From assembly GCA_963695225.1 (NCBI GenBank), contig OY968762.1, positions 2,016,001 through 2,080,000 of the forward strand: DNA of 64,000 nucleotides, written 5' to 3'. Below, piece by piece: positions 38,786 to 47,634 of this stretch. The notes below the pieces were generated by a model. That model saw nothing but the letters and a program-made list of their open reading frames with translations, had not been told where the DNA came from and made no database searches. Each line of letters begins with the position of its first letter. The stretch's first letter is position 1. The stretch is from Vulcanimicrobiota bacterium. Lineage in GTDB: Bacteria > Vulcanimicrobiota > Vulcanimicrobiia > Vulcanimicrobiales > Vulcanimicrobiaceae. The position numbers and the translations under genes were made by a program.

Positions 38786-39798
38786 TGGCAACTCGGCTGG
38801 CGGAGATTGCGGCGCGCGTCGGCGGACGGGTCGTCGGCGACGGGGAGGTCGAGATCGATCGGATCTGCGCGATCGACGACGTCGACGCCGCGGCGCTGAC
38901 GTTCGCGACCGACGAGCGCTATTTGCGCAGCGCGCTCGCGACGAAGGCCGCCGCCGTGCTCACGGAGCCCGCGATCGCCGAAAAGTTCCCCGGCACGCGC
39001 AAGCCGCTCGTCCTGGTCGATTCGGCGCGTAAGGCGCTCGCGCAGCTGCTCGCCGATCTGGAGCCGCCGCGGCCGGCGGGGCCTTATCGTCATCCGAGCG
39101 CGGTCGTCGACGAGAGCGCCGTCATCGGGCCGGACGTCGTGATCGGTCCGCTCGTCACGATCGGCCCGGGTGCCGAGATCGGTGCCGGGACCGTCTTGCT
39201 GGCCGGCGTCGTGATCGGAGCCGGCGCCCGCGTCGGCAAGCGCTGCCTGTTCCATCCCCACGCGATGCTCCTCGACCGGTGCGTCGCGGGAGACGACGTG
39301 ATCCTGCAACCGTCGGCGGTCGTCGGCAGCGACGGCTTCGGCTACGTGTTCATCGACGGGCGCTTCGTCAAGATCCCGCAGATCGGTAACGTGGTCCTGG
39401 GCGACCGGGTCGAGGTCGGCTCGTGCACCTGCATCGATCGCGCGCAAACCGGCACGACGAGCGTCGGCGAAGGGACGAAGATCGATAATCTGGTCCAAGT
39501 CGGCCACAACTGCCGGCTCGGCAAGAACACCGCGTACGCTGCGTTCGTCGGAATCTCCGGCTCGACGAACATCGGCGACTACACGATCGTCGGTGGCCAG
39601 TCCGCGTTCAAGGGGCATCAGACGATCGGCGCTCGCGTCCGGATCGCGGGCGCTTCGCACGTCTGGGGAGACGTCCCCGACGACGCGTTCATCAGCGGCC
39701 GTCCCGCGCAAGACCATCGCGACGAGCTGCGCAAGCAGGTTCGCATTCGCAAGCTCGATAAGCTCTTTGCGCGCGTCGACGCACTGGAGCAGAAGTAA
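38785..39798 (+). CDS. lpxD: UDP-3-O-acylglucosamine N-acyltransferase
   Basis: Hexapeptide repeats, GSDGFGY, IPQIGNV, KIDNLVQVGHN. Confidence 0.95.
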   Translation: MATRLAEIAARVGGRVVGDGEVEIDRICAIDDVDAAALTFATDERYLRSALATKAAAVLTEPAIAEKFPGTRKPLVLVDSARKALAQLLADLEPPRPAGPYRHPSAVVDESAVIGPDVVIGPLVTIGPGAEIGAGTVLLAGVVIGAGARVGKRCLFHPHAMLLDRCVAGDDVILQPSAVVGSDGFGYVFIDGRFVKIPQIGNVVLGDRVEVGSCTCIDRAQTGTTSVGEGTKIDNLVQVGHNCRLGKNTAYAAFVGISGSTNIGDYTIVGGQSAFKGHQTIGARVRIAGASHVWGDVPDDAFISGRPAQDHRDELRKQVRIRKLDKLFARVDALEQK

Positions 39799-39800
39799 TC

Positions 39801-40643
39801 TTGCAACGATCCGCTCAGCACACGCTCGCGGAACCGCTCGTGATCGAGGGCGTCGGGCTCCACACCGGCGCTCGCGTGCGCGTGCGCGTGCTCCCGCAAG
39901 GCCCGGACAGCGGCTTGCGCTTCCACCTCGTCGGGCCCGACGTCGTGTTCCCCGCGCACGCCGAGTTCGTCGTCGAGACGCGCCGCGCGACGGTGCTCGG
40001 AGTCGGTGCGCATCGCGTTTCGACGGTGGAGCACTTGCTCTCGGGCTTGTTCGCGATGGGCGTCGACAACGCTCTGATCGAGGTCGACGGCCCCGAGATC
40101 CCCGTCGCCGACGGGAGCGCCGGGACGCTCGCGCGCGAGATCGTGCGGGTCGGCTTGATGGAGCAGCCCGTTTCGCGAGTGATCCATCGCGTGACGGAAC
40201 CGTGGTGGTTCTCGGGGGAGGATGCGCTCCTCGCGATCTTCCCTTCGGATCGTTTCCGCGTGCGCTTCACGGTCGATTATCCTCAACCCGTCGGCGCGCA
40301 GTATTACGACGGCGTCGTCGAGCCGCAGCGATATCTCGAGGAGATCGCTGCCGCGCGCACGTTCGGCTACCTCCACGAAGTCCAGGCGCTGCTCGACAGC
40401 GGCCTAGCGCGCGGAGGCTCGCTCGACAACGCGCTCGTCTTCGACGAAGCGGGGCCGATGACGCCGTTGCGCTGGGCGAGCGAAGTCGTACGGCACAAAG
40501 TGCTGGATTTGATCGGCGATTTCTCGCTGCTCGGCGCGTGGCCGCAGTGCGAGGTCGTCTCGATCAAGAGCGGACACAAACTGCACGTGCAGGCGATCCG
40601 CGCGCTTCGCGCGGGACACCCGCAGAAGGCGGCCATTCGATGA
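39801..40643 (+). CDS. lpxC: UDP-3-O-acyl-GlcNAc deacetylase
   Basis: GVGLHTG, STVEHLLS, ARTFG, RHKVLDLIGD, SGH. Confidence 0.95.
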   Translation: MQRSAQHTLAEPLVIEGVGLHTGARVRVRVLPQGPDSGLRFHLVGPDVVFPAHAEFVVETRRATVLGVGAHRVSTVEHLLSGLFAMGVDNALIEVDGPEIPVADGSAGTLAREIVRVGLMEQPVSRVIHRVTEPWWFSGEDALLAIFPSDRFRVRFTVDYPQPVGAQYYDGVVEPQRYLEEIAAARTFGYLHEVQALLDSGLARGGSLDNALVFDEAGPMTPLRWASEVVRHKVLDLIGDFSLLGAWPQCEVVSIKSGHKLHVQAIRALRAGHPQKAAIR

Positions 40644-41110
40644 TCTTCGACATCCGGCAGATCATGGAGATCTTGCCGCACCGGTACCCGATGCTGCTCA
40701 TCGACCGGATCACGGAGCTCGAGCCCGGGTACCGCGCCGTCGGCTACAAGAACGTCACCGTGAACGAGCCGATGTTCATGGGGCATTTTCCGACGAACCC
40801 GGTGCTGCCGGGCGTCTACATGATCGAGGCGCTCGCGCAGCTCGGCGGAACCGCGATCATGGAACGGGGCTCGTTCTCGCGCAAGACGCCGTACCTCGCG
40901 GGGATCAGCAAGGCGAAGTTCCGGCGCCCCGTCGTCCCGGGCGATTGCCTGATGATGGAAGCTACCGTGCTGCGCTCCAAGTTGAACATCGGGTTCGTCG
41001 CGGCGGAGGCCCGGGTCGAAGGGCAGGTCGTTTGCTCGGCCGAGCTCTCGTTCTCCATCGTCCCGGCTCCGCTTCCGATCGGAATGGACGCGAGCATCCT
41101 GCACGCGTGA
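40640..41110 (+). CDS. fabZ: 3-hydroxyacyl-ACP dehydratase
   Basis: LPHRYPMLLID, KNVTVNEP.F.GHFP, EALAQ, FRRPVVPGD. Confidence 0.95.
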   Translation: MIFDIRQIMEILPHRYPMLLIDRITELEPGYRAVGYKNVTVNEPMFMGHFPTNPVLPGVYMIEALAQLGGTAIMERGSFSRKTPYLAGISKAKFRRPVVPGDCLMMEATVLRSKLNIGFVAAEARVEGQVVCSAELSFSIVPAPLPIGMDASILHA

Positions 41111-41114
41111 AGAG

Positions 41115-41882
41115 ATGATCCACCCAACCGCCATCGTCCATCCCAACGCCAGGCTCGGAAGAGACGCCGAGATCGGACCGTATTGCATCGTCGGCGAGAA
41201 CGTCGTGATCGGCGCGCGCTCGAAGCTGCTCGCTCACGTCGTCGTCAACGGGCACACGACGATCGGCGACGATTGCGAGATCTACCCGTTCGCCTCGATC
41301 GGAATGGCTTCTCAAGACCGCAAGTCGCACGGAGAGCTCGCCTACACGACGATCGGCGACCGCACGACGCTCCGCGAGTACGTCAGCATCCATCGCGCGA
41401 CCGGCGAGGGCGAGACGACGTCGGTCGGCAGCGATTGCCTGTTGCTCGCCTACGTGCACATCGCGCACAATTGCCGGCTCGGGAACGGGGTCACGATGTC
41501 GAACCTCGCGCAGCTCGCGGGGCACGTGGTCGTCGGAGATCACGCGAACATCGGCGGGATGGCCGGGACGCATCAGTTCGTGCGCATCGGCGCGTACAGC
41601 ATGACGGGAGGCGCGACGAAGCTCACGCGCGACGTGCCGCCGTTCTTCTTGGTCGAGGGGGATCCGGCTCGCGCCTGGGGGCTCAACAGCGTCGGGCTGC
41701 GCCGGCACGGCTTCTCGAGCGAGACGCTCTCCGAGCTCAAGGACTGCTACAAGCTCCTGTACCGTTCGGGGAAGAACGTCTCGCAGGCAACGGAAGACAT
41801 CAAGGCGCTGGTGCGCACGGACGCGGGGTTGCAGTTGGTCGCGTTTCTCGAGGGAGAGTCGGAACGCGGAATCTTGAAGTGA
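41115..41882 (+). CDS. lpxA: UDP-GlcNAc acyltransferase
   Basis: IHPTAIV, hexapeptides, HIAHNC, HQFVRIG, GLNSVGLRR. Confidence 0.95.
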   Translation: MIHPTAIVHPNARLGRDAEIGPYCIVGENVVIGARSKLLAHVVVNGHTTIGDDCEIYPFASIGMASQDRKSHGELAYTTIGDRTTLREYVSIHRATGEGETTSVGSDCLLLAYVHIAHNCRLGNGVTMSNLAQLAGHVVVGDHANIGGMAGTHQFVRIGAYSMTGGATKLTRDVPPFFLVEGDPARAWGLNSVGLRRHGFSSETLSELKDCYKLLYRSGKNVSQATEDIKALVRTDAGLQLVAFLEGESERGILK

Positions 41883-41909
41883 GCGGCTCGCGTTTCCAGC
41901 GGCGGGCCG

Positions 41910-42060
41910 GTCGCTCGGGGGCGGGGACGGGGTTGCGTGGGGCGTGCAGCTTTTCCGCGGAGCCATGGATGGCGGGAGCGGAAAAGTGCACGAGTAGCGA
42001 TTTCGCAGGAAGCGAAATCGCGGGCGTCCCCACGCAACCCCGTCCCCGCCCCCGAGCGAC
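41910..42060. repeat. Structured palindromic element, copy 2
   Basis: Perfect 33-bp inverted repeat 41910-41942 / 42028-42060; hairpin 41943-41992 has loop GGAGCCATGGATGGCGGGA; hairpin 41997-42021 is centred on CGCAGGAAGCG. Confidence 0.9.
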
Positions 42061-42114
42061 AGCTCTCGACGTGCCCACGCTTTTGCCGCTCCGGGGTGGC
42101 GTGGGGTGGGCTTT

Positions 42115-43242
42115 GTGAGGGCCTTTTTTTCTACCGGGGAGGCTTCGGGGGATATGTCGGCGGCGGCTTTGGGGGAGGCGCTGCGGGCTCTTGTGCCGGG
42201 GACGACGTTGGAGGGAATTGGGGCGGGGCGGATGCGGGCCGCGGGGTTCTCGATTTTTCAGGAGACGCGCGGATGGGCGAGCATGGGGCCGCTCGAGGCG
42301 GTGGGGAAGATTCCGCGGTTGCTCGTCGTGCTGTTTCGGACGGCCCGGCGGCTGTGCTCGCGGCCGGTCGACGTGGTGGTGCTCGTCGATTTCGGGGCGT
42401 TCAATTTGCGGCTCGCGAAGCTGTTGCGGAAATGGCGGTATGCGGGGGCGATCGTGTACTTTTTCCCGCCGGGGGCTTGGCTCGATAATCCGGGGCAGGC
42501 GGCGGCGGTCGCGGCGAACGCGCGGGCGCTGACGCCGTTCGCGCATCAGCGCGATTTCTATCGGTCGTTGGGGTTGCCGGTCGCGTACTTCGGGCATCCG
42601 CTCGTCTCGCTCGTCGAGCCGCGCGCGGCGCTCGCGGCGGCGCCGGCCGGGGGCGGAGTCGTCGCATTGCTGCCGGGGAGCCGGCGCAGCGAGGTCGTGC
42701 GGCATCTCCCCGTGCTGCTCGAAGCCTGCCGCTTGCTGCGGGCGGCGCGTCCCCAGGCGACGTTCGTGCTCGGGGCCGCCGACGACGATGCGGAGCGTCT
42801 CGCGCGGGCGGACCTGCGGGCGTTCTCGGACCTGCCGGTCGAGATCGTGCGCGGCGCGCGTGAGGCGCTCGACCGGGCGAACGCGGCGTTCATCGCCTCC
42901 GGCACGGCGGTGCTCGAAGCGGCGCTGCGCGAGGTGCCGTGCGTTTCTCTCTACGTGACCTCGGACGCGCAGGCGAAGATCGGGCGGCGCATCTACCACC
43001 GGCCCTTCATCACCCTGCCGAATCTGTTGCTCGACCGGATGCTCGTCCCGGAATTGTTGCAGGAAGAGGCGACGCCGCCGCGCTTGGCCGCCGCGCTCTC
43101 CGGTTTGCTCGACGCTCCCGAACCGCAGCTCGCAGGGATGCGGGAAGTGCGAGCCTTGCTGGGACCCCCCGATACGCTCGCGCGCTGCGCGGAATTCGTC
43201 GCCGAAGCCGCGCGAGCGCCCCGGTACCGGGCGAGCGCATGA
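42115..43242 (+). CDS. lpxB: Lipid-A-disaccharide synthase
   Basis: GEASGD, VDFGAFN, GHPL, LLPGSRRSEV, ASGTAVLEAAL, LPNLL. Confidence 0.92.
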   Translation: MRAFFSTGEASGDMSAAALGEALRALVPGTTLEGIGAGRMRAAGFSIFQETRGWASMGPLEAVGKIPRLLVVLFRTARRLCSRPVDVVVLVDFGAFNLRLAKLLRKWRYAGAIVYFFPPGAWLDNPGQAAAVAANARALTPFAHQRDFYRSLGLPVAYFGHPLVSLVEPRAALAAAPAGGGVVALLPGSRRSEVVRHLPVLLEACRLLRAARPQATFVLGAADDDAERLARADLRAFSDLPVEIVRGAREALDRANAAFIASGTAVLEAALREVPCVSLYVTSDAQAKIGRRIYHRPFITLPNLLLDRMLVPELLQEEATPPRLAAALSGLLDAPEPQLAGMREVRALLGPPDTLARCAEFVAEAARAPRYRASA

Positions 43243-43976
43243 GCGTGCGCATCTATCACACCTCCGATCTGCACGCTCGCGGCGGCATCGCGGCGCGCTT
43301 GCGCGCGCTGCGCGCCGAGGAGCCGGGCTGGCTCTTCGATTCCGGCGACGCGCTGCGGGGAAGCCAGAGCATCTATCGCAAGCGCGAACCGATCCTCGCC
43401 GAGATGGAAGCCGCGGGATACGACGCGCAAGGGATGGGGAATCGGGAGTTCCACTACCTGTACGGTGCGCTGTGCGCGCGGGCGGCACAGATCCGCCGCC
43501 CTCTCGTCTGCTCGAATCTCGGCGACGTGCGGGGCCGCGCGCTCCCGTTCGTCTCCGAACTCGCGCTCGAGTGCGACGACGCGGGGACGACGCGCCGCCT
43601 GCGTCTGTTCTCGCTGCTCGTCGTGCAGTATCCGGCCGGTTCGCCTTGGGAGCGCGCCTTCGGCTGGCGCTTTCGCGACCCGATCGACGTCGCGCGCGAG
43701 TTCGCCGCGACGACGCCCCCCGGGACGCTGCTCGCCGTCCTTTCGCACTTGGGGCTGCGCGTCGACCGCAAGCTCGCGGCGGCCGTTCCACGTCTCGATC
43801 TCATCCTTGGCGGGCACAGCCACGATACGCTCTTCGCCCCCGAATACGTAGGCGACGTCCCGATCGTCCATGCGGGACCGTACGGCGCGCACGTCTCGCG
43901 CACCGAACTCGATCTCTCCGGGGAGCGCGCGCGGATCTCGCGCTTCGACCTCCTCCCGCTGCGCTCGGCGGCATGA
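43239..43976 (+). CDS. Calcineurin-like metallophosphoesterase (UshA/5'-nucleotidase N-domain only)
   Basis: HTSDLH, DSGD, GNREF, SHLG, GGHSH; ATGA overlap with lpxB; no signal peptide. Confidence 0.85.
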   Translation: MSVRIYHTSDLHARGGIAARLRALRAEEPGWLFDSGDALRGSQSIYRKREPILAEMEAAGYDAQGMGNREFHYLYGALCARAAQIRRPLVCSNLGDVRGRALPFVSELALECDDAGTTRRLRLFSLLVVQYPAGSPWERAFGWRFRDPIDVAREFAATTPPGTLLAVLSHLGLRVDRKLAAAVPRLDLILGGHSHDTLFAPEYVGDVPIVHAGPYGAHVSRTELDLSGERARISRFDLLPLRSAA

Positions 43977-43977
43977 C

Positions 43978-45096
43978 GTGGCGCGCGTTCTCTTCGTCAG
44001 CAACGGCCACGGCGAGGTCTCGATCGCCGAACGCATCGCGCGCGACGCTCGCGCGCTGATGCCTTCTGCGCAACTCGACCATCTCGCGCTCGTCGGGGAG
44101 GCTCCCGCCGGAATGCTGCGTCCCGTCGGGCCGCAACGCGCGATGCCCAGCGGCGGGCTGGTCGCGATGGGGAACGTGCGCGCGCTCTCGCGCGACCTTC
44201 GCGCGGGCTTCGGGCGCCTGCTGCTGGCTCAAATCGCGTTCCTGCGGCGCGAAGGGCCGGGCTACGATACGCTCGTCGCCGTCGGCGACGTCTACGCGCT
44301 CGGGCTCTCGCTCCTCGCCGGCGTGCGGACGGCGTTCGTCGGGACCGCGAAGAGCATCTACGTCGCGCAGTACGGGCCGTTCGAGCGGCGCGTCCTCTCG
44401 CGCGCGACGCGCGTCTTCGTGCGCGACGCCGCCACGGCGGAATGGCTGCGCGGCCGGGGCGTCCATGCCGAGTCGCCGGGGAACGTCATCGCCGATTTGA
44501 TCGGCGGAGCGGAGCCGGCTGCACCGGGCGCGTGGCTCGGCGTCCTGCCGGGGAGCCGCGACGAGGCGTACGCCGACGGCGTGAAGTTGGCTCGGGTCGT
44601 GCGCGCGCTCGGGCAGCGCGCCCCGGTCGACGCGCTGTTCTCGGTTGCGCCCCGTCTGGATGCGGAGCGATTCGCGGCCGCGCTCGAAGGCGACGGCTGG
44701 AGCGTCGCGCGCGACGGCACGTACGCCTTCGAAGCACGGGCGGGGGGCGCGCGGCTGGCGGCGTGGAGGGGGGAAATCGGCCCGCTGCTGCGCGCGTCTC
44801 ATTTGGTCCTCGGGCAGGCCGGGACGGCGAACGAGGCGGCGGCGGCGTGCGGCCTGCCGATCGTCGTGCTCGCCGGCGACGGCCCCGAACCGTGGTACCG
44901 CATGCGGCAGCGGCGCCTGCTGGGCGACGCGGTCGCTATCGTTCCGGAGGATCCGGCTGCGGCGGCCGCGGCCGTCGGGGCGTTGCTCGGCGACGAGGCG
45001 CGGCGCGCCCGGATGGGAGCGGCCGGCCGCGCCCGGATGGGCGGCCCCGGCGGCGCCGCCGCGATCGCCGCGGCCGTTCGGGGGCTGGCCGGATGA
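43978..45096 (+). CDS. LpxB-related GT-B glycosyltransferase (lipid-A-disaccharide synthase-related family)
   Basis: LFVSNGHGE, MPSGG, VGD, FVGTAKS, FVRD, LPGSR, GQAGTANE, RMGGPGGA. Confidence 0.75.
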   Translation: MARVLFVSNGHGEVSIAERIARDARALMPSAQLDHLALVGEAPAGMLRPVGPQRAMPSGGLVAMGNVRALSRDLRAGFGRLLLAQIAFLRREGPGYDTLVAVGDVYALGLSLLAGVRTAFVGTAKSIYVAQYGPFERRVLSRATRVFVRDAATAEWLRGRGVHAESPGNVIADLIGGAEPAAPGAWLGVLPGSRDEAYADGVKLARVVRALGQRAPVDALFSVAPRLDAERFAAALEGDGWSVARDGTYAFEARAGGARLAAWRGEIGPLLRASHLVLGQAGTANEAAAACGLPIVVLAGDGPEPWYRMRQRRLLGDAVAIVPEDPAAAAAAVGALLGDEARRARMGAAGRARMGGPGGAAAIAAAVRGLAG

Positions 45097-46307
45097 CGGC
45101 GCGCGCGGTCGCGAGCCCGTTCACGCGGGCTCTCCTCGCATTCGGGTTCGCGGCGCTTCCGCTCTACCCGTCGTTCATCTCGATGTCGAGCGTCTCGCCG
45201 CCGGGCGTCTCGCTCGTCCCGTTCCAGGTCGCCGCCGCTCTGCTCGCCGTCTGCGTCGCGGGCGCGCTGCTGCTGGCACTCGCGACGGCGCGCGCCGGCG
45301 GGCCGCTGCCGGAAACGTTCTGGCCGATCGTCGCGTATATCGGCGGATGGTTCGTCGCGGCGCTCCTCGGTTTCGACCCGCGCACCGGGATGCTCTTCGT
45401 TCTGGACGGCGCGCTCGTGCTCGCCTTTCACTGCGGGATCGCGCGCTTCTACGAGGACCGGGATGCCGTGACGGCGATGTACGCGGCCTTGCTCGGTAGC
45501 GGTGCCCTCGTTTCGATCCTGGGGCTCGCGCTCGTCGTCCTGCGACGGCCGGCGCTCCTCTACGCGATCACGCACGGCCGCGCGACGGCGACGTTCGTCG
45601 TTCCGGGGGAATTCGCGGGGTATCTCTTGATGCTCGTCCCGACGGCCGTGGGCGTCGCCCTCGTCAGCAAGCGCGCGTGGCTGCGTGCGCTCGGTTGGTC
45701 GACTGCGGGCATCGGGCTCGTCGCGCTCGTGGCGACGTTTTCGCGGGCGGGTCTCGTGGGGCTCGCCGTCGGCGGGCTATTCGCCGCAGCGGCCGGACGC
45801 AGGACGCGCCGCGCGGCGCTCGTTGGGACGCTGGCGTTCTCGGCGGTGGCGCTCGCGGCGTTCGCGACGAACGCGCACCACAATCCCGCCGACGATTTCG
45901 CGCGCCTCTCGATCTGGCGCACCGGAGTGCGCGCCTTCGAACTCTTTGGGCTCACCGGCGTCGGGCCCGGCGCGTTCCGTCACGTCTATCCGCTCCTGCG
46001 CCCCGCGAACGGCGAGCCGAACGCCTTCCACGCGCACAGCTACTTGCTGACGGCCGCGGCGGAGACGGGGCTCGTCGGGTTGACGACGCTCGCGTACCTG
46101 TGGTGGAGCTTCGGGCGGGCGTTCGCACGCGCGCTCGCGGGCGCACCCCCGGCGGCGCGGATCCTCGGCATCGCCTTCGCGAGCGCTTTCGTCGCGACGT
46201 GGGTGCAGGGGACGATCGATTTCATCCAGGTCGTCATCCTCGGGTGCTGGATTCCCTTCATGGCGCTCGCGCTCGGCGCCGCGCGCCGGGGGCTGGCCGA
46301 AGCGTGA
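45093..46307 (+). CDS. O-antigen ligase/Wzy-family membrane protein
   Basis: Multi-TM; TFSRAG, R..IW, GVGPG.F, HAHSYLL..AAETGLVG. Confidence 0.82.
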   Translation: MTARAVASPFTRALLAFGFAALPLYPSFISMSSVSPPGVSLVPFQVAAALLAVCVAGALLLALATARAGGPLPETFWPIVAYIGGWFVAALLGFDPRTGMLFVLDGALVLAFHCGIARFYEDRDAVTAMYAALLGSGALVSILGLALVVLRRPALLYAITHGRATATFVVPGEFAGYLLMLVPTAVGVALVSKRAWLRALGWSTAGIGLVALVATFSRAGLVGLAVGGLFAAAAGRRTRRAALVGTLAFSAVALAAFATNAHHNPADDFARLSIWRTGVRAFELFGLTGVGPGAFRHVYPLLRPANGEPNAFHAHSYLLTAAAETGLVGLTTLAYLWWSFGRAFARALAGAPPAARILGIAFASAFVATWVQGTIDFIQVVILGCWIPFMALALGAARRGLAEA

Positions 46308-46858
46308 AACGCATCGCGTGTTTGGGAGCGGCGCTGTTCCTGGCGGCTTGCGCCGGCCGCGGGCCGGGTCCCCAACCGACCCCCGAGCCGGCCGCGACGG
46401 CGACGGCGCAGGCGACGAGCCTTCCGGTCCACGCGCACTCGGAGCGCGACGCGTCGCAGTACTATTACTTCACGGTGAAAAAAGAGAACCGAACCTTGTA
46501 CCAAATTCGCGCCGACGCCAACGACTCCGAACGCTCGTCCGCCGGTGAGGCCCGCAGCTCGTTCGCGCAGCCGCACATCACGTTCTTCGAGAAGGCCGGC
46601 TCGAAGCTCGTCGCCGACGCGCCGCGGGCCGTCGCCGAGGAGCGTACGCAAACCGTTCGGCTCGACGGCGGCGTGCGAGCCCGCGCCACCGACGGGACGA
46701 CGCTGACGAGCGACACCCTCGTGTACGATAAGCGCACCGAACGCGTCCGGGCGGACGGGAACGTCCTGATCGCGCGGCCGAGCGGGGAGGAGATCCGCGG
46801 GCCGCACGTCGACGCCGATCTGACGCTCTCGCAGTTGCACATGGGCTCGCCGCAATGA
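46304..46858 (+). CDS. lptC: LptC/LptA-type beta-jellyroll protein, lipoprotein
   Basis: LAAC lipobox; L.GGV.A...DG.TLTSDTL.YD pattern; directly upstream of lptB. Confidence 0.65.
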   Translation: MKRIACLGAALFLAACAGRGPGPQPTPEPAATATAQATSLPVHAHSERDASQYYYFTVKKENRTLYQIRADANDSERSSAGEARSSFAQPHITFFEKAGSKLVADAPRAVAEERTQTVRLDGGVRARATDGTTLTSDTLVYDKRTERVRADGNVLIARPSGEEIRGPHVDADLTLSQLHMGSPQ

Positions 46859-47610
46859 GCGAGCCGCACGAACACCGCAACGAGATCGTTCTCGAGGGGC
46901 TCTGCAAGCGGTACGGGGAGCGCGCGGTCGTCGACCGCGTCAGCGCGAACGTCGAGAAGGGCGAGGTCGTCGGCTTGCTCGGCCCCAACGGAGCCGGGAA
47001 GACGACGACGTTCTACATGGTCGTCGGCCTCGTCAAACCCGACGCGGGGCGCGTGCGCCTCGTGCGCGAGGGGCGCGAGGTCAACCTCACGCACGCCCCG
47101 ATGCACGTGCGGGCGCGCGCGGGGATCGGCTATCTCGCGCAGGAGAACTCGATTTTCCGCAAGCTGTCCGTCGGGGACAACATCCGTCTGATCTGGGAGA
47201 TGAACGGCGTTTCGCGCGCCGAGCAGGACCGCCGCCTCCCGGGCCTGCTCGAAGAGTTCGGACTCTCGCGCTTCGTCGATCACCACGGCGACAGCCTCTC
47301 CGGCGGCGAGCGCCGGCGCGTCGAAATCGCGCGCGCGATCGCTACGGAACCGGCGTTTCTGCTGCTCGACGAACCCTTCACGGGGATCGATCCGATCGCC
47401 GTCGCCGATATCCAGATCATGATCCGCCAACTGCGCGAGCGCGGCCTCGGCGTGCTGATCACCGATCACCAGGTCCGCGAGACGCTCGCGATCGTCGACC
47501 GCGCCTACATCCTCAACGAGGGCGAGATCGTCGTCGCCGGGACGGCCGACGAGGTCATGAATTCGCCGAAAGCGCGGCAATTCTACCTCGGCGAAGGGTT
47601 CCGGATGTGA
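46855..47610 (+). CDS. lptB: LPS export ABC ATPase
   Basis: GLLGPNGAGKTTTFYM, LSGGERRRVEIARA, LLDEPFTGIDP, FYLGEGF. Confidence 0.95.
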   Translation: MSEPHEHRNEIVLEGLCKRYGERAVVDRVSANVEKGEVVGLLGPNGAGKTTTFYMVVGLVKPDAGRVRLVREGREVNLTHAPMHVRARAGIGYLAQENSIFRKLSVGDNIRLIWEMNGVSRAEQDRRLPGLLEEFGLSRFVDHHGDSLSGGERRRVEIARAIATEPAFLLLDEPFTGIDPIAVADIQIMIRQLRERGLGVLITDHQVRETLAIVDRAYILNEGEIVVAGTADEVMNSPKARQFYLGEGFRM

Positions 47611-47634
47611 CGAAGCCCGACGAGGGGGCTCGCG

